A stretch of 63,814 nucleotides of DNA, filler included, from Syncephalis fuscata S228 (lineage: Eukaryota > Fungi > Zoopagomycota): the NCBI GenBank assembly GCA_025786725.1. It is 5 parts of 5 records of this genome, joined end to end, with 100 filler letters (N's around TTAATTAATTAA, not from the genome) between each part and the next. Parts side by side here need not be neighbours in the genome. Positions count along the whole stretch, not along the records: positions 54,898 to 63,814 come from JAHLTZ010000316.1; 4 more parts are not named here. One strand, given 5' to 3'. Below are positions 63,051 to 63,814 of this stretch, one piece after another. The position numbers were made by a program, and so were the translations under genes. The notes beneath the pieces were generated by a model. That model was not told the origin of the DNA. It saw only the letters and a program-made list of their open reading frames with translations, and did not search any database. Every line of letters begins with the position of its first letter. The first letter of the stretch is position 1.

Positions 63051-63814
63051 TTAAGAAGCAGAGATTAAAGCGTCTAGTTCACCACTAGCATGTAGCTCGT
63101 TAACAATATCAAGTCCACCTTGTAATTCGCCTCGAACATACAGCTGTGGATAAGTTGGCCAGTCTGAGTACTTTTTCAATCCTGTTCAACACCAGTTAAT
63201 CTATGCTATCAACTACTTAGTAGTAACTAACCTTGGCGCACTTGCTCATCTCCTAAAATATCAAAATAGTCATATGAAATATTAGCACTATTTAATAGAT
63301 GGACTAGTTTCTTTGAAAAGCCACATCGTGGTGTATCTGGCGAGCCTTTAATAAAAATCATAACGGTTGCCCGATGAGTAAGCTGCTTCAAATACGCTTC
63401 CAAGTCATCCTCGGTGCGTTGTGGCGGTGGTGCTAATGGTGCACGCGGTTTGTTGTTTGATGGCGTAGCAGTGGCTGCTGCTGTAAATTGACGCTCTACA
63501 GCCGCTGTAAGCTCTACAGTATTGGCACCATTTACTCGATCAATTGGCTTGCCATTCTGATTGTTTTATGATTTATTAGACAACACACACACAAAATACA
63601 GCTTAACTACTTACTCGAATAAAGATAAAAGTTGGTACAGCTTCAATATCAAATCCCTCCGATACTTCTGGATACTTTTCAGCCTCTACCTATTAATGGT
63701 AACCGCCATAACAATAAAGTACATTATATTAAATACACTATACTAATATTCAAATACTATTTGCTTACCTGGATAAATTGAAGCTTGTATTGAGTCGATA
63801 GATCGGCAAAAACT
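63051..63814 (-). CDS. GRX3: Monothiol glutaredoxin Grx3/4 (Trx-Grx), 3' part
   Basis: Trx part '[23 protein letters not shown]...DRVNGAN'; Grx part '[16 protein letters not shown]', '[12 protein letters not shown]', '[20 protein letters not shown]'. Confidence 0.92.

Overview
Eukaryotic, AT-rich, intron-containing DNA (mostly ~50-80 nt GT-AG introns) from what looks like an early-diverging fungus (Zoopagomycota/Syncephalis-like; this is an inference). The window is five contigs joined by four artificial 100-nt linkers (N-run + TTAATTAATTAA + N-run), so adjacency across linkers is meaningless. Contig 1: F-box-like gene, repeats, 5' part of an FHA-like/CAMK kinase. Contig 2: neutral ceramidase, UDP-glycosyltransferase, SDR pseudogene, HGSNAT-like acyltransferase, an SPX-ACT-ACT-phosphoserine phosphatase fusion head-to-head with PRO2, and the 5' part of Rec8. 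Contig 3: a nested stack of Ty3/Gypsy LTR elements, two of which carry clear -1 frameshift slippery-site/pseudoknot signals and the same tRNA-iMet-type PBS. Contig 4: CBS protein, alpha/beta hydrolase, a 3-copy decaying array of membrane-receptor-like genes, an AA11-type LPMO, and the 3' part of a CMTR1-like cap methyltransferase. Contig 5: selenocysteine synthase SepSecS (N-terminus not visible), two tandem 7TM-RGS genes, and the 3' part of Grx3/4. The most notable signals are the SPX-SerB fusion, which could couple phosphate/inositol-pyrophosphate sensing to serine synthesis, and SepSecS, which could indicate selenocysteine machinery in a fungus.
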